Source: an uncultured virus (IMG/VR IMGVR_UViG_3300044638_007755)
Taxonomy: Duplodnaviria; Heunggongvirae; Uroviricota; Caudoviricetes
IMG/VR virus record: IMGVR_UViG_3300044638_007755
Length of the DNA: 64,000 nucleotides
Direction: 5' to 3' (one strand)
Shown: piece by piece, positions 49,650 through 58,891 of the stretch
Numbering within the stretch: the stretch's first letter is position 1
Layout of the letters: every line of letters starts with the position of its first letter
Notes under the pieces: generated by a model
Databases searched by the model: none
Seen by the model: the letters and a program-made list of their open reading frames with translations, nothing else
Told to the model about the DNA's origin: nothing
Translations under genes and position numbers: made by a program

Positions 49650-50390
49650 TTAGCGAGATCTTTTTTCATGCATGTTTTTTTCCCAAGATACAGACAAATC
49701 TTTTTCTTTGTAGTTTTCTGTCCTAAAGTAGTCGCCATGTGGGATATGAAAAATTGGTACAAAATTTTTATCAAATTTAAGTCGTTGTCTATTTAATCCT
49801 AATTTCTCTAGTCTTGAGTATAAATCACAATCATCATAACCATAACCATGCTGATTTCCTTGGTATAATCCGGCATTAATTATGTGTTCTTTTTTTGCAC
49901 ACAAAAATCCATTTAAATATTTCAAGAACCCCAAGGAATTGTCCAACGATCCATCTCCCCAATGCCCGGTAAAAAACTCAGATTCCAAATCAAAACTTAG
50001 CCAATCGCACAAATCAATATAAGGATTCAAGATGTAATCGACATCTAATTTTAGAATATTTTCATAAATACAATTTTCAATTCCAATATTATAAACTTTA
50101 GACTGATTAAAGTATTCTTCATCATGCGATCTTATAATTATGATTCGTTTATCTAAAGATTCAAAGTATTTTGAATTAAAATCAGAAGAAGAACAATCGA
50201 CTATTACTATTTCTTTAATTTCTGGTTTCATTAGCCAAGAATTTATGGAAGTTTGTAAAACTCTGGACCTGTTTTTCAAACCAACCACAACAGATAAGTT
50301 TGAAATGGGAGCATATGACAATGGATTTTTTTTTGTTATTTCTAATTGATTAGCTCCTATGATACTTGGAACTTGGCTAAAAGTGCTCAT
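49650..50390 (-). CDS. GT2/GT7-like glycosyltransferase, C-terminus probably frameshifted
   Basis: KNR, EIVIVD, FNQSKVYNIG, LDVD and GYGYDDCDLYSRL (Glyco_transf_7C-like). Confidence 0.8.
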   Translation of the reverse strand: MSTFSQVPSIIGANQLEITKKNPLSYAPISNLSVVVGLKNRSRVLQTSINSWLMKPEIKEIVIVDCSSSDFNSKYFESLDKRIIIIRSHDEEYFNQSKVYNIGIENCIYENILKLDVDYILNPYIDLCDWLSFDLESEFFTGHWGDGSLDNSLGFLKYLNGFLCAKKEHIINAGLYQGNQHGYGYDDCDLYSRLEKLGLNRQRLKFDKNFVPIFHIPHGDYFRTENYKEKDLSVSWEKNMHEKRSR

Positions 50391-50462
50391 TTTTTTCTCA
50401 CCTTGTTAAGTTTATTATCGAGCATAAATTACTATAGTTGTGTTCTAGAAGGTATTTTTTTG

Positions 50463-51023
50463 CTACAAGTATTTAAACCAGCAACTATTTTCTACCTTAT
50501 CCGGTTTTCCAAAAAATTCATTTACGGCTTTCATTACTCCTGGCCAACCTTCTGTGTAATCATGGCCGGAAATTATGCTATTTTTTTTCATTTTTGGATA
50601 CCAACATTCTATATCTTTTTTTACTGATTCGTAGGAATGTCCTGCGTCTATGAATATAGAATCGACCGAGAAGTCGTCAAATTCTTTGGCAGCTTCATGG
50701 CTTTTTGATATTATGTAGTTCAAGTTATCTTTTACTGGGGTCGTATTTTTAATAAATTGGTCTAGTATGTTCTTATCTTGTTTGTTGTAAACACTCGTCT
50801 CGGCAATATCTGATAGTTCCGAAGTTCCTTCAAACGTGTCTATCGTATAAAACTTTAGGTTTCTTTTTTGTTTTATAATTTCTGTTGCTATGAAGCATGT
50901 GCTTTTCCCTTTCCACGCCCCTAGTTCAACGAGAGTTCCACCATCCGGGCAATGGCTGAGTAATTCTAGATATTGTTTTTCCATGTTGAACCACCCATCA
51001 ACTTTTTGATAAAAATGTTCCAT
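50463..51023 (-). CDS. Class I SAM-dependent methyltransferase (Methyltransf_24-like), paralog of 46096-46677
   Basis: LVELGAWKGKS, IFIDAGHSYE and IISGHDY. Confidence 0.9.
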   Translation of the reverse strand: MEHFYQKVDGWFNMEKQYLELLSHCPDGGTLVELGAWKGKSTCFIATEIIKQKRNLKFYTIDTFEGTSELSDIAETSVYNKQDKNILDQFIKNTTPVKDNLNYIISKSHEAAKEFDDFSVDSIFIDAGHSYESVKKDIECWYPKMKKNSIISGHDYTEGWPGVMKAVNEFFGKPDKVENSCWFKYL

Positions 51024-51065
51024 TTTTTCCTTGCGTTATTTTAAAAGGTTTTTTGTGAGATCTTT

Positions 51066-51620
51066 TTATATTTCGTAAACCATTATAGTCTTTTTGAACC
51101 AACTTAAGCTACTTTTCTCTCTTAATTCTTTTTCTTTTTCTTTATTTCTTTTCCATCCTTTGTCTAAAAAAGTTTTTTCTATGTAGTCATTATCTCTTTC
51201 GTTTACATGACCTCTTCCTCCTTGCCCCACCACAGCCCAAGATAAAATTATCAGTCCTTTTGAGTGTTTTATTATATTATCTATAAATATAGATTCAAAT
51301 TCTTTTGGGATATGTTCTCCGACCTCTAAAGAAACGACACAATCATATTTTTTATTTAAATCGATTTCTTCCGCAAGGTTGATCTCTGAGCAGAGCCCTC
51401 CGGTAAGCTCTTTTGTGTTGGGGTTTCCGTCGTAACAATCGCATGAAAAACCTTCTTTTTTAAATTCTTTGGAATAGCTTCCGTTACCACAACCAAGGTC
51501 TATTATAGAATTTATTTTTTCCTCTCTTAAAAACTTAATCATCTCAGAATTAAGGTTTATGTCGAAGTAATGGCCGTCTGAATTCATATCTAACCAAAAT
51601 CCATTTTTGTGAATGTTCAA
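51066..51620 (-). CDS. Class I SAM-dependent methyltransferase
   Basis: IIDLGCGNG, SLEVGEHIP and GQGGRGHVNE. TTG start after AAGGGGG. Confidence 0.9.
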   Translation of the reverse strand: MNIHKNGFWLDMNSDGHYFDINLNSEMIKFLREEKINSIIDLGCGNGSYSKEFKKEGFSCDCYDGNPNTKELTGGLCSEINLAEEIDLNKKYDCVVSLEVGEHIPKEFESIFIDNIIKHSKGLIILSWAVVGQGGRGHVNERDNDYIEKTFLDKGWKRNKEKEKELREKSSLSWFKKTIMVYEI

Positions 51621-51732
51621 TTGTCCCCCTTTTTATATTTTGTTTTGTTTTGTTTTTTTAACTTTGTTTTTAACTTCGTCTGGAGATGATATTTTTCTCA
51701 TATTTGTAGATTAGAAACCCATGTTTTTCTGC

Positions 51733-52536
51733 TTATGTTGAGAAATATTGGATTACTTTATTGTTAAAACTTTCTTTTCTATTGTATTGATGAACTATCG
51801 AATACACCCTATTAAGGTTGTCTGTGATTTTGATCCCGTCAATATTAATTCCGTGACTATTGATGAGTTTATCAAAAAAACCAAAACCAGCAGCTAACAT
51901 TAAACTAAAATTACTAGAAGCAAATTGATAGCTATAAGGATACTGTTTAGAATAGATTATTTTCATTAATATTCCTTGGTCTGATCCGGTAAAACAGCGC
52001 CGTGTTTTATTGTGCTCGGAAACAATGAGATCACAAATAGCATCTAAAGAAGCTTGGTCTCCTGAAATTATGCCACTATTGATTACCATTTTTTCTAAAA
52101 ACTGATCAGCTATTTGATAATTATATACGTTTTTAATAATGTCATAATTCCACCGTATATCTTTAATTAGAGCATTTTCAGAAGATAAAACCAACCCCGA
52201 TTGATAGGTTTCTAAGTCTAAGAAAGGATCTTTTTGTAAATAAACATCTGTGCAATCACTCAGTATTATATGCTGATACGTGGTTTGACTAAGGTATTCT
52301 TTATATGCTTGAAATCTATCTATATAAAGACTATCAATTTGTTTGTTGATTTTGACAATTGAAACATCGTTTTTTTTTGCAAATTCTGTTATCTCCTCTC
52401 CAGAACCATCGTCAGAAGCGTCTAGCAAAACAGTATCGAAGCTTTTGTTTTTTAAAGAATAAGCGCTCTTTATAAACACCTTGATTCCTTCAATAGACTT
52501 TACATTATAAAAATAACCAATCAATAAGTTTTTCAT
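51733..52536 (-). CDS. GT-A-fold glycosyltransferase-like protein
   Basis: DRF, ILSDCTDVYLQKDPF, INSGIISG, SDQG and IVHQYNR. Confidence 0.65.
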   Translation of the reverse strand: MKNLLIGYFYNVKSIEGIKVFIKSAYSLKNKSFDTVLLDASDDGSGEEITEFAKKNDVSIVKINKQIDSLYIDRFQAYKEYLSQTTYQHIILSDCTDVYLQKDPFLDLETYQSGLVLSSENALIKDIRWNYDIIKNVYNYQIADQFLEKMVINSGIISGDQASLDAICDLIVSEHNKTRRCFTGSDQGILMKIIYSKQYPYSYQFASSNFSLMLAAGFGFFDKLINSHGINIDGIKITDNLNRVYSIVHQYNRKESFNNKVIQYFST

Positions 52537-52551
52537 AATTCACCAATCCGA

Positions 52552-53592
52552 TCATCTAAAACCTGTTAAATAATAGTTTGGAAATTTTTCTTTAAAAGAA
52601 TCACATTGTCCTAGTGCAGATAAAAATGAATCTAGCATTCCTTGTTTATTTTTGGGATTAGAATTCTTTCTCCACCAATTCCAGGCATTAAAAGAAACGA
52701 AGTCATAAAAATCTTTAGATTGTAATTTGTCATATGCTTCTTTAAAAGATTCTGGTTTTTCTAAATCAAATGCCACGTAATGATAATCTGGAATCAATGG
52801 GTCCGCGTACCTGACTTCAAACTCGGGAGCTATACATGGAATACATTGGGCAAAATATTCGTATTCTCTGTAACAGGCAAGGCCAAGTCCGGGCAGGCTT
52901 AATCCAATCCTAGTCCTAGAAAGCTTATTTTGATAATCTTCGTATAGGCTTTTAATGATAATATTAGAATACACATTATCTATCCCATTTGTTATGCTAA
53001 ACGGAACGGTGTGTAGTCCTAGATAGGACATTGGTGGTAGATATTTTTCTATGGTCCTGCATATACTAGATCTTAAAATCTCAGTATCTCTATTCCTTCG
53101 GTCTGTACCAGTAAATATTAGATTTATGTCTTTATCAAAATTGGAAACCCAAGTTTCACATGGTTTGGTTTTCCATCTTCCATATTCCCAAGCATGACCG
53201 ACCCATGGTACAACCTTATGTCTACATCCTCCAAGGTTTTTACTTTGTTCATCATTTTCAATCCCAATACCTCTATTATTATAAAAGCCTTCTTTGTCTC
53301 TATATGCATATTTGACAATAAACCAAGCATCAAAGTCATTGATGACTGGAGTAATATAAGAAACCTCTCTTTCATCTATTACAATTGGTTTACATCCTTC
53401 TATTCTTAGAATAGTATGATGTTGCCCATGTGGATTTCCAAACTGTTCTTTGACGCATGGTCTTGAGTTGAGTGTAATTTTCCATCCAAGTTTGGACTCT
53501 AGTTCTTTGAAAAGTATACGATACATCCAATCTACATAAGGGAAAAAAGTATTCTCTGCGGATCCCCTCATTGCTTGAATAGTAACTTTCAT
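52552..53592 (-). CDS. GT-B glycosyltransferase-like protein (exostosin GT47-like C-terminus)
   Basis: LIFTG...R...YQNKLSRTRIGLSLPGLGLACYREYE...CIP. Confidence 0.6.
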   Translation of the reverse strand: MKVTIQAMRGSAENTFFPYVDWMYRILFKELESKLGWKITLNSRPCVKEQFGNPHGQHHTILRIEGCKPIVIDEREVSYITPVINDFDAWFIVKYAYRDKEGFYNNRGIGIENDEQSKNLGGCRHKVVPWVGHAWEYGRWKTKPCETWVSNFDKDINLIFTGTDRRNRDTEILRSSICRTIEKYLPPMSYLGLHTVPFSITNGIDNVYSNIIIKSLYEDYQNKLSRTRIGLSLPGLGLACYREYEYFAQCIPCIAPEFEVRYADPLIPDYHYVAFDLEKPESFKEAYDKLQSKDFYDFVSFNAWNWWRKNSNPKNKQGMLDSFLSALGQCDSFKEKFPNYYLTGFR

Positions 53593-54317
53593 TTAGTAAT
53601 CTCTCTTAGAACACCTGTTTTATAATAGTCCCTAATTGCTTGGGAATAATCATCTTTAGGAGGAAGTCCTCCTTTGTAATACTTGTTCCTTAATTCTGCT
53701 GGGTGCCATTGATGATAGATATCCACATCGGTCTCACGATAAACCCTTAGTTTGGACTTTAAGCAGTTATACAAAAAGATTGTGTCTTCTCCTCCCCAAC
53801 AGTTCATATTAATCCACGGAGGTATACTTAATAAGTCTTTGTTTCTTATCCATAGATTACCAACGCTGTCAACTCTACGAATTTTACTTCCGTCTTCTTC
53901 TATGTAGATAGGCGCTAAAAAACCAACCGAATCACATGATTGTTCAAGCCTGTGCTCTATTCTATTTATTGCGTTCTTGGTTATTTGATTGTCGGCATCT
54001 AGATAAAATATAAAATCCTCATGATTAAAAATACTCCTAGATATATTTAATCCAATACCCTTATCAAAAAATTTGCGAGATATTTTAATAATTTCATAAT
54101 CCAATACGCCTTTTAGTTTTTGTGGTAGCCAGTCTTCTAAAGGGAAGTCATTAGATTCAAAGTCACAAATAGTAATTTTATATCTAATCTTAGACCCTTC
54201 TATACTATTCAGAATAGAGTCTATACAATTAGGATATAAATACAGCAAATTTCCATTTGGAGTTATTATTTTTGATCTATTTTTAATAACCTGAAAAATA
54301 TTGATAGTTTGTGTCAT
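53589..54317 (-). CDS. GT2/GT7-like glycosyltransferase
   Basis: KNR, ICDFES, FDKGIGLN, YLDAD, WGGED and YHQWH. Start taken at ATG 54317. An alternative ATG at 54389 would add a hydrophobic leader. Confidence 0.8.
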   Translation of the reverse strand: MTQTINIFQVIKNRSKIITPNGNLLYLYPNCIDSILNSIEGSKIRYKITICDFESNDFPLEDWLPQKLKGVLDYEIIKISRKFFDKGIGLNISRSIFNHEDFIFYLDADNQITKNAINRIEHRLEQSCDSVGFLAPIYIEEDGSKIRRVDSVGNLWIRNKDLLSIPPWINMNCWGGEDTIFLYNCLKSKLRVYRETDVDIYHQWHPAELRNKYYKGGLPPKDDYSQAIRDYYKTGVLREITK

Positions 54318-54321
54318 AAGA

Positions 54322-54570
54322 CTACCAATTATAACGAACCCAGCTACCAAGAAAATCTGAGGTTTTATTTTTGATACTTTCGATTTCATTTAATAGAGTT
54401 GATTCTACTTTTTCGATCTTTAATATCTTTTCTACTAATTCGCCGTTCTGCGTGTCTAGTCTCATTATAGTCTGAAAACACAAAGAAAGCATTTGTTTAA
54501 TTTTTGTATCCTGCTCCAAATTGTTTGTGGGCTCATAGTGTTCTAATAAGTTTTTTAGATCTTCGTACAT
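54322..54570 (-). CDS. Small coiled-coil hypothetical protein
   Basis: AAAGGAG RBS and TAATG coupling to the upstream gene. Confidence 0.6.
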   Translation of the reverse strand: MYEDLKNLLEHYEPTNNLEQDTKIKQMLSLCFQTIMRLDTQNGELVEKILKIEKVESTLLNEIESIKNKTSDFLGSWVRYNW

Positions 54571-55775
54571 TAAATTTCTCCTTTATTATCATAAGATAGA
54601 TCAGCGATGCATAACTCACATTTTTTTTTGTTATTATGAATAATCAGTTTTATTTCGGATAGCATAAAATCTGAAAAGTCTGTTTGTTCTGACACTAAAC
54701 CCGCAACTATATCCTCGGGAGAGATTTCGTATTGCTCAACATAATTTACACTTATTTGTTGCAATAGAATTCTGTTTGATTCATAGTCATGATTATTCAG
54801 AGTGAAAGAGAATTTAACTTCTACAGGGACGCTATTGTTTTTAAAAAATAGTGTTAGGAGTAAATTCTTTAAAATATTCACAGGCTTCGTAAGTAGAATA
54901 GTGGCACAAGAATAATCGTAGGATGGATCATTATCTATAGACAGATATCTTATACCACTGCTATCTTTAACTAAAATTTTTGAATACGTGCTATTATAGC
55001 AGATTGATTCTTCGTAGTATCCATTCGGATATGCCCCCGGTCCAAATATTGTGTTTGGTTTATTTTCATAAGTAGGTTCGGGTAGTATTATTTGACACCT
55101 ATTGATAGTTTTATTTCTCTCACTAATAAAATTTGGCCTAGTAGAAATTTTTGTATCTGCTTCTGCTGGAAGCTCCTCATATCCGTTTATATCTGGAATT
55201 GGTATTACTAGTGGTTTTTTACCAAAATAGTTTGTTGAAATATAACTTAATAGTATGTCTTCTGCGTTTAAACATATGTCGGTATCGTAGAATACGATGT
55301 CGGATAGTCGAAGATACTCTGCTGCTAAATTTTTGTCAAAACACGTAGCTCTAGTTAAACATATATCAACTTCAGTAGGAGATGAAACTTTTTCTATTCT
55401 GCCCGGACCAGGAATATTGGTATATAAATTATTGACTAAATTTCTACCCTCATAAGTATATACTCTACAATAATCAGAAGTGAAAGCATCTACTAATCCT
55501 TTGATATTTAGTTCAGAGAGAATCAGGTCATCATCATGAACAACTACGCATCTATTTTTACACAGTAGGGCAGCACTAAATCTTGAGTTTAGTCCTAGAT
55601 CTTTATTTGTGTTTATGGTTTTAACCTTAGGCAAATTGCTATTAATCAAAAATAAACTATTATTGTTCCATACTATAATTTCTTCAACTATAGAATAGTT
55701 ATTATATTTTTCGATTATGCTATTTATATTTTTAGGCCTATTCCATGATAGTATAACTATTGAACATTTTGTCAT
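54570..55775 (-). CDS. GT64 (EXTL2/exostosin C-terminal)-like glycosyltransferase with extra C-terminal domain
   Basis: ILSWNRP, EIIVWNN, LNSRF, VVHDDD, NAEDILLSY and ERN..I.RC. Confidence 0.7.
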   Translation of the reverse strand: MTKCSIVILSWNRPKNINSIIEKYNNYSIVEEIIVWNNNSLFLINSNLPKVKTINTNKDLGLNSRFSAALLCKNRCVVVHDDDLILSELNIKGLVDAFTSDYCRVYTYEGRNLVNNLYTNIPGPGRIEKVSSPTEVDICLTRATCFDKNLAAEYLRLSDIVFYDTDICLNAEDILLSYISTNYFGKKPLVIPIPDINGYEELPAEADTKISTRPNFISERNKTINRCQIILPEPTYENKPNTIFGPGAYPNGYYEESICYNSTYSKILVKDSSGIRYLSIDNDPSYDYSCATILLTKPVNILKNLLLTLFFKNNSVPVEVKFSFTLNNHDYESNRILLQQISVNYVEQYEISPEDIVAGLVSEQTDFSDFMLSEIKLIIHNNKKKCELCIADLSYDNKGEI

Positions 55776-56574
55776 TTCTTACCTCTTGAAACATTGGACA
55801 CTGTATATTACTCCATGGTTTGTGGTTATGCCAATAGTGAACTATGTGCATGGGTTCATTATTTTTATATGCTTCCCATACGCCATTATTATTTTTAGAG
55901 AATTCAACACCAAAAGAACAGGGATTATATGAGCTATCTATTTCTTCGTGCCTATAGTCATACTGTATAAAATCTAGGTAAGATTTTAATATAGCCTGAT
56001 CTGTTCCTGGAATGATTTGTTTTGAACCCTTAAAATAAAACATAAATCTGTGTCTAATACCATAGTCATATATTTTATTCCAGTTAATAATTTCTTTTTG
56101 CGGGTCATTAATCAACATAACACCAGAATTAATGAATGGTGGATAGTTTGCTGTTTTAATTTGTTCATCTTGTTCATGATCTATGCAAATAATGGGTTTC
56201 GACTGATTATTATGAACCTCTCTTATTTTATTGATGTCGGACACTATAATAGCATCAGCATCTATGAAAATAAAAGGAAAAGAAATAGAGCAAATAACAA
56301 AAAATTTATAGGTGAAATTTGTTCCACGAGACTTGAAGGATCCAGCAGGAAAATTAATTTTTTGATCAAAACCATTATGTATGGTATTTTTAAATTTACA
56401 AGTTTTTGAAGATCTCATTTTGTCTAGCAATATTTTAGGTAGAAGATCCCTAGAAAAGATAATACAAGTATCTGTTTCTTTAAGCCAAAGCTCGGCCTGT
56501 TTAATCCACAGGTAGCATAATGCCACATTATTCTTATTATTCCAATCATAGTTCATTACCGTGACTATATTCAT
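55738..56574 (-). CDS. GT8-like glycosyltransferase
   Basis: YKF, FIDAD, INSGVML, TDQAIL, YN and IVHYWHNHKPW. Confidence 0.85.
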   Translation of the reverse strand: MNIVTVMNYDWNNKNNVALCYLWIKQAELWLKETDTCIIFSRDLLPKILLDKMRSSKTCKFKNTIHNGFDQKINFPAGSFKSRGTNFTYKFFVICSISFPFIFIDADAIIVSDINKIREVHNNQSKPIICIDHEQDEQIKTANYPPFINSGVMLINDPQKEIINWNKIYDYGIRHRFMFYFKGSKQIIPGTDQAILKSYLDFIQYDYRHEEIDSSYNPCSFGVEFSKNNNGVWEAYKNNEPMHIVHYWHNHKPWSNIQCPMFQEVRNDKMFNSYTIME

Positions 56575-58891
56575 TTTTTGATGTAAATCCCATATGATAG
56601 GCTATGGAGCTTGGATATTTTTTACCTAGCTCTGCGATGCTTATACTTGTGTTCTGTATATGTTCATCATAGCTGGTATTTCTCTGTTTGTCTAGGCACC
56701 ACCAGGCTGGAAAGAAATGCTTATGATCTAAGATGCTGATATCTATACCAGAAATACTATCTAAACACGACTGAACAAAATCAGGTCCACTACAAATAAC
56801 CGCACCCTCATTTTGATTGACTCCATAAGACTCTCTCATTTGACCAATAATAAATGCTATAATAGGATTGCTAATTGTAGATCCTAAAAACCCATTCGCC
56901 ACTCTAGTAGTATCTTTGTCTAGAAATCTGCTCCCTGTTTTTGTTCCATTTTTTTCATAAGATATAATAAAGCCATTTTTAACTACAGATATTAATGAAG
57001 ACAGAGGCTTGTCTCCTAGCCAAACAAAGTCAGAATCCAAGTACCAACCGCCAAACCTATTTAAAATTTCTAGTCTAGCAATATCTGATTTAGCGTCATA
57101 TTTCTTTTCTTTCATAAAAAGGTCTTTATTGATCATATCTAAATTATTAAGTTTTTCTTCTGTCCATAAAATATATCTCCAGCCGGGATACTTATTTGTA
57201 TATTCTTTGGAAAAAGTCTCCATCATCATTTTAATTTCTGAAGAAATTTCCCCAAACCAAATCTGATGAATAATAGGTGGAATCAATAGTCTAAAATCTC
57301 TAAAATAATTAGGGGCAAATTTTAAAAATTCTTCTGCTGTCATATTAGCAATATCTATATCCATTTTTTCTAGAATATAAAGCTCTGGGACACTAATAGG
57401 ATCATCGTATTTTGTAAAATATATTGGCCAGCGTGTTTCATTCTTGTTTCTTTTATCGTCAAAAAAAATATCTGGCAAAGATGCGTATTCTAGAGTATTA
57501 GCGCCAGGAATATTAAATTGCATTTTTTTTCTGATTTTATACATAGCTTTATCGCTAGCTCCAAAAACTAAACTTTTTAAATACGTATTGTCATCAGACA
57601 TGTCTAAATGCTGAGCGATATCGTGCCGTATAATCTGTTTATTAATCCTAATAATCTTTCCTAATTTATAGGCTATTTGAGTAAATTCATCATCACAAAA
57701 ATACCCCTGATAACTAGTATGATATATGTAGTTAAATCTTTCATAGTATTTTTTACCGACTATACTCAAAGTGTCTGTTTTTTCGTTGTCTCCTGTGTCG
57801 AACCAAAGAACCCCGTCTAAATCTGTAAAATATTTATTCATACTTTGTGCGATAATTCTATCGTAATGTTTTTCTGTAACTATCATGTCATCTGAAGCAG
57901 CTACTACTATATCGAAATCGAATCGATTAATGTCCGCATTATATGCTTCTATTTTGGTCTGGTGGTTATCGAAAAAAATATGAACATTTGGAAATGAAAG
58001 AATTTTATTTATTGTGCTTTTATTGTTTATTGTTGTATCATTTGTATTACCAGATATACAAAATGCTATATCTTCTATACTATATGCGTTGGTCTGAAAA
58101 GATTCTAGTGTTCGCAATAGTTTACTCTCTCTACCTAAAGTAGGTATTTTTATTAAAAGCTTACATTTAATCTTGTCTTTATTTTCATTACTATCCTGTG
58201 TAAGATGTTTTTGTTTATGGTAAGAATAACTAGATTTAGTTACTAAATATTTTTTTTTATGAGAAGATGTTTTTTCGATATGAATACTATAATATTTTTG
58301 ATTAAATCTTAGATAATGATGATAGAGTCTTTGTCTTTTAGAATAGCCATTTTCTTCAGCCCAAGGCAGATAATAATTCTCTGTTTTTGGATATCGGCTC
58401 AGATAGTCCTCTTCGTTAAACTCTATGTCTACTGGTTGTAGCCATAGTTTTTGATCGTCGTTTAAAAATCTATAATAGAACAATAGAAAATGGTGATAGA
58501 TTCTTTGACGATCTGAAAAACCCATATTTATAGCGTCTGGCAAATAGTAATTGGCTACTTCAGGATTATTTTTTAGATATTGTTGTTCATCAAAATTTTC
58601 TGGTATGTCTATTAACCAGGCTACGGTATCATTAAAGATATTATCAAAATTATCTAAATTATTATTGTTATAATAGAGAAGATTAATATTTTCAATGGGT
58701 ATTAATTGACTATCTAGTGGTCTGTCAGACACTAAAAGTTTAACATAGCTAGAATCATTAATAAGCACATCTTTTACTGATGTGCTAATAAATAAATTAT
58801 TTACTAAAAAAGAGTTATCTGTTATAGTTTCGTAATAATAAAAGATATTTTCTATATTATTTTTTATTTTGCTTAAAATATCATTAGGCAT
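56546..58891 (-). CDS. Multidomain glycosyltransferase: two helical repeats plus GT2-like plus GT32-like (781 aa)
   Basis: Start reassigned to MPNDIL (58891). GT2-like IPTLGR...ASDDM...FCDDE. GT32-like IPPIIHQIWFG...KSDIARLEILNRFGGWYLDSD...SGP. Confidence 0.85.
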   Translation of the reverse strand: MPNDILSKIKNNIENIFYYYETITDNSFLVNNLFISTSVKDVLINDSSYVKLLVSDRPLDSQLIPIENINLLYYNNNNLDNFDNIFNDTVAWLIDIPENFDEQQYLKNNPEVANYYLPDAINMGFSDRQRIYHHFLLFYYRFLNDDQKLWLQPVDIEFNEEDYLSRYPKTENYYLPWAEENGYSKRQRLYHHYLRFNQKYYSIHIEKTSSHKKKYLVTKSSYSYHKQKHLTQDSNENKDKIKCKLLIKIPTLGRESKLLRTLESFQTNAYSIEDIAFCISGNTNDTTINNKSTINKILSFPNVHIFFDNHQTKIEAYNADINRFDFDIVVAASDDMIVTEKHYDRIIAQSMNKYFTDLDGVLWFDTGDNEKTDTLSIVGKKYYERFNYIYHTSYQGYFCDDEFTQIAYKLGKIIRINKQIIRHDIAQHLDMSDDNTYLKSLVFGASDKAMYKIRKKMQFNIPGANTLEYASLPDIFFDDKRNKNETRWPIYFTKYDDPISVPELYILEKMDIDIANMTAEEFLKFAPNYFRDFRLLIPPIIHQIWFGEISSEIKMMMETFSKEYTNKYPGWRYILWTEEKLNNLDMINKDLFMKEKKYDAKSDIARLEILNRFGGWYLDSDFVWLGDKPLSSLISVVKNGFIISYEKNGTKTGSRFLDKDTTRVANGFLGSTISNPIIAFIIGQMRESYGVNQNEGAVICSGPDFVQSCLDSISGIDISILDHKHFFPAWWCLDKQRNTSYDEHIQNTSISIAELGKKYPSSIAYHMGFTSKNEYSHGNEL

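Noticed and set aside
51621..51732. Intergenic 22-codon ORF MRKISSPDEVKNKVKKTKQNKI with CAAAA repeats, possibly a homing-endonuclease remnant
   Set aside because: Too short and low-complexity to support a call.
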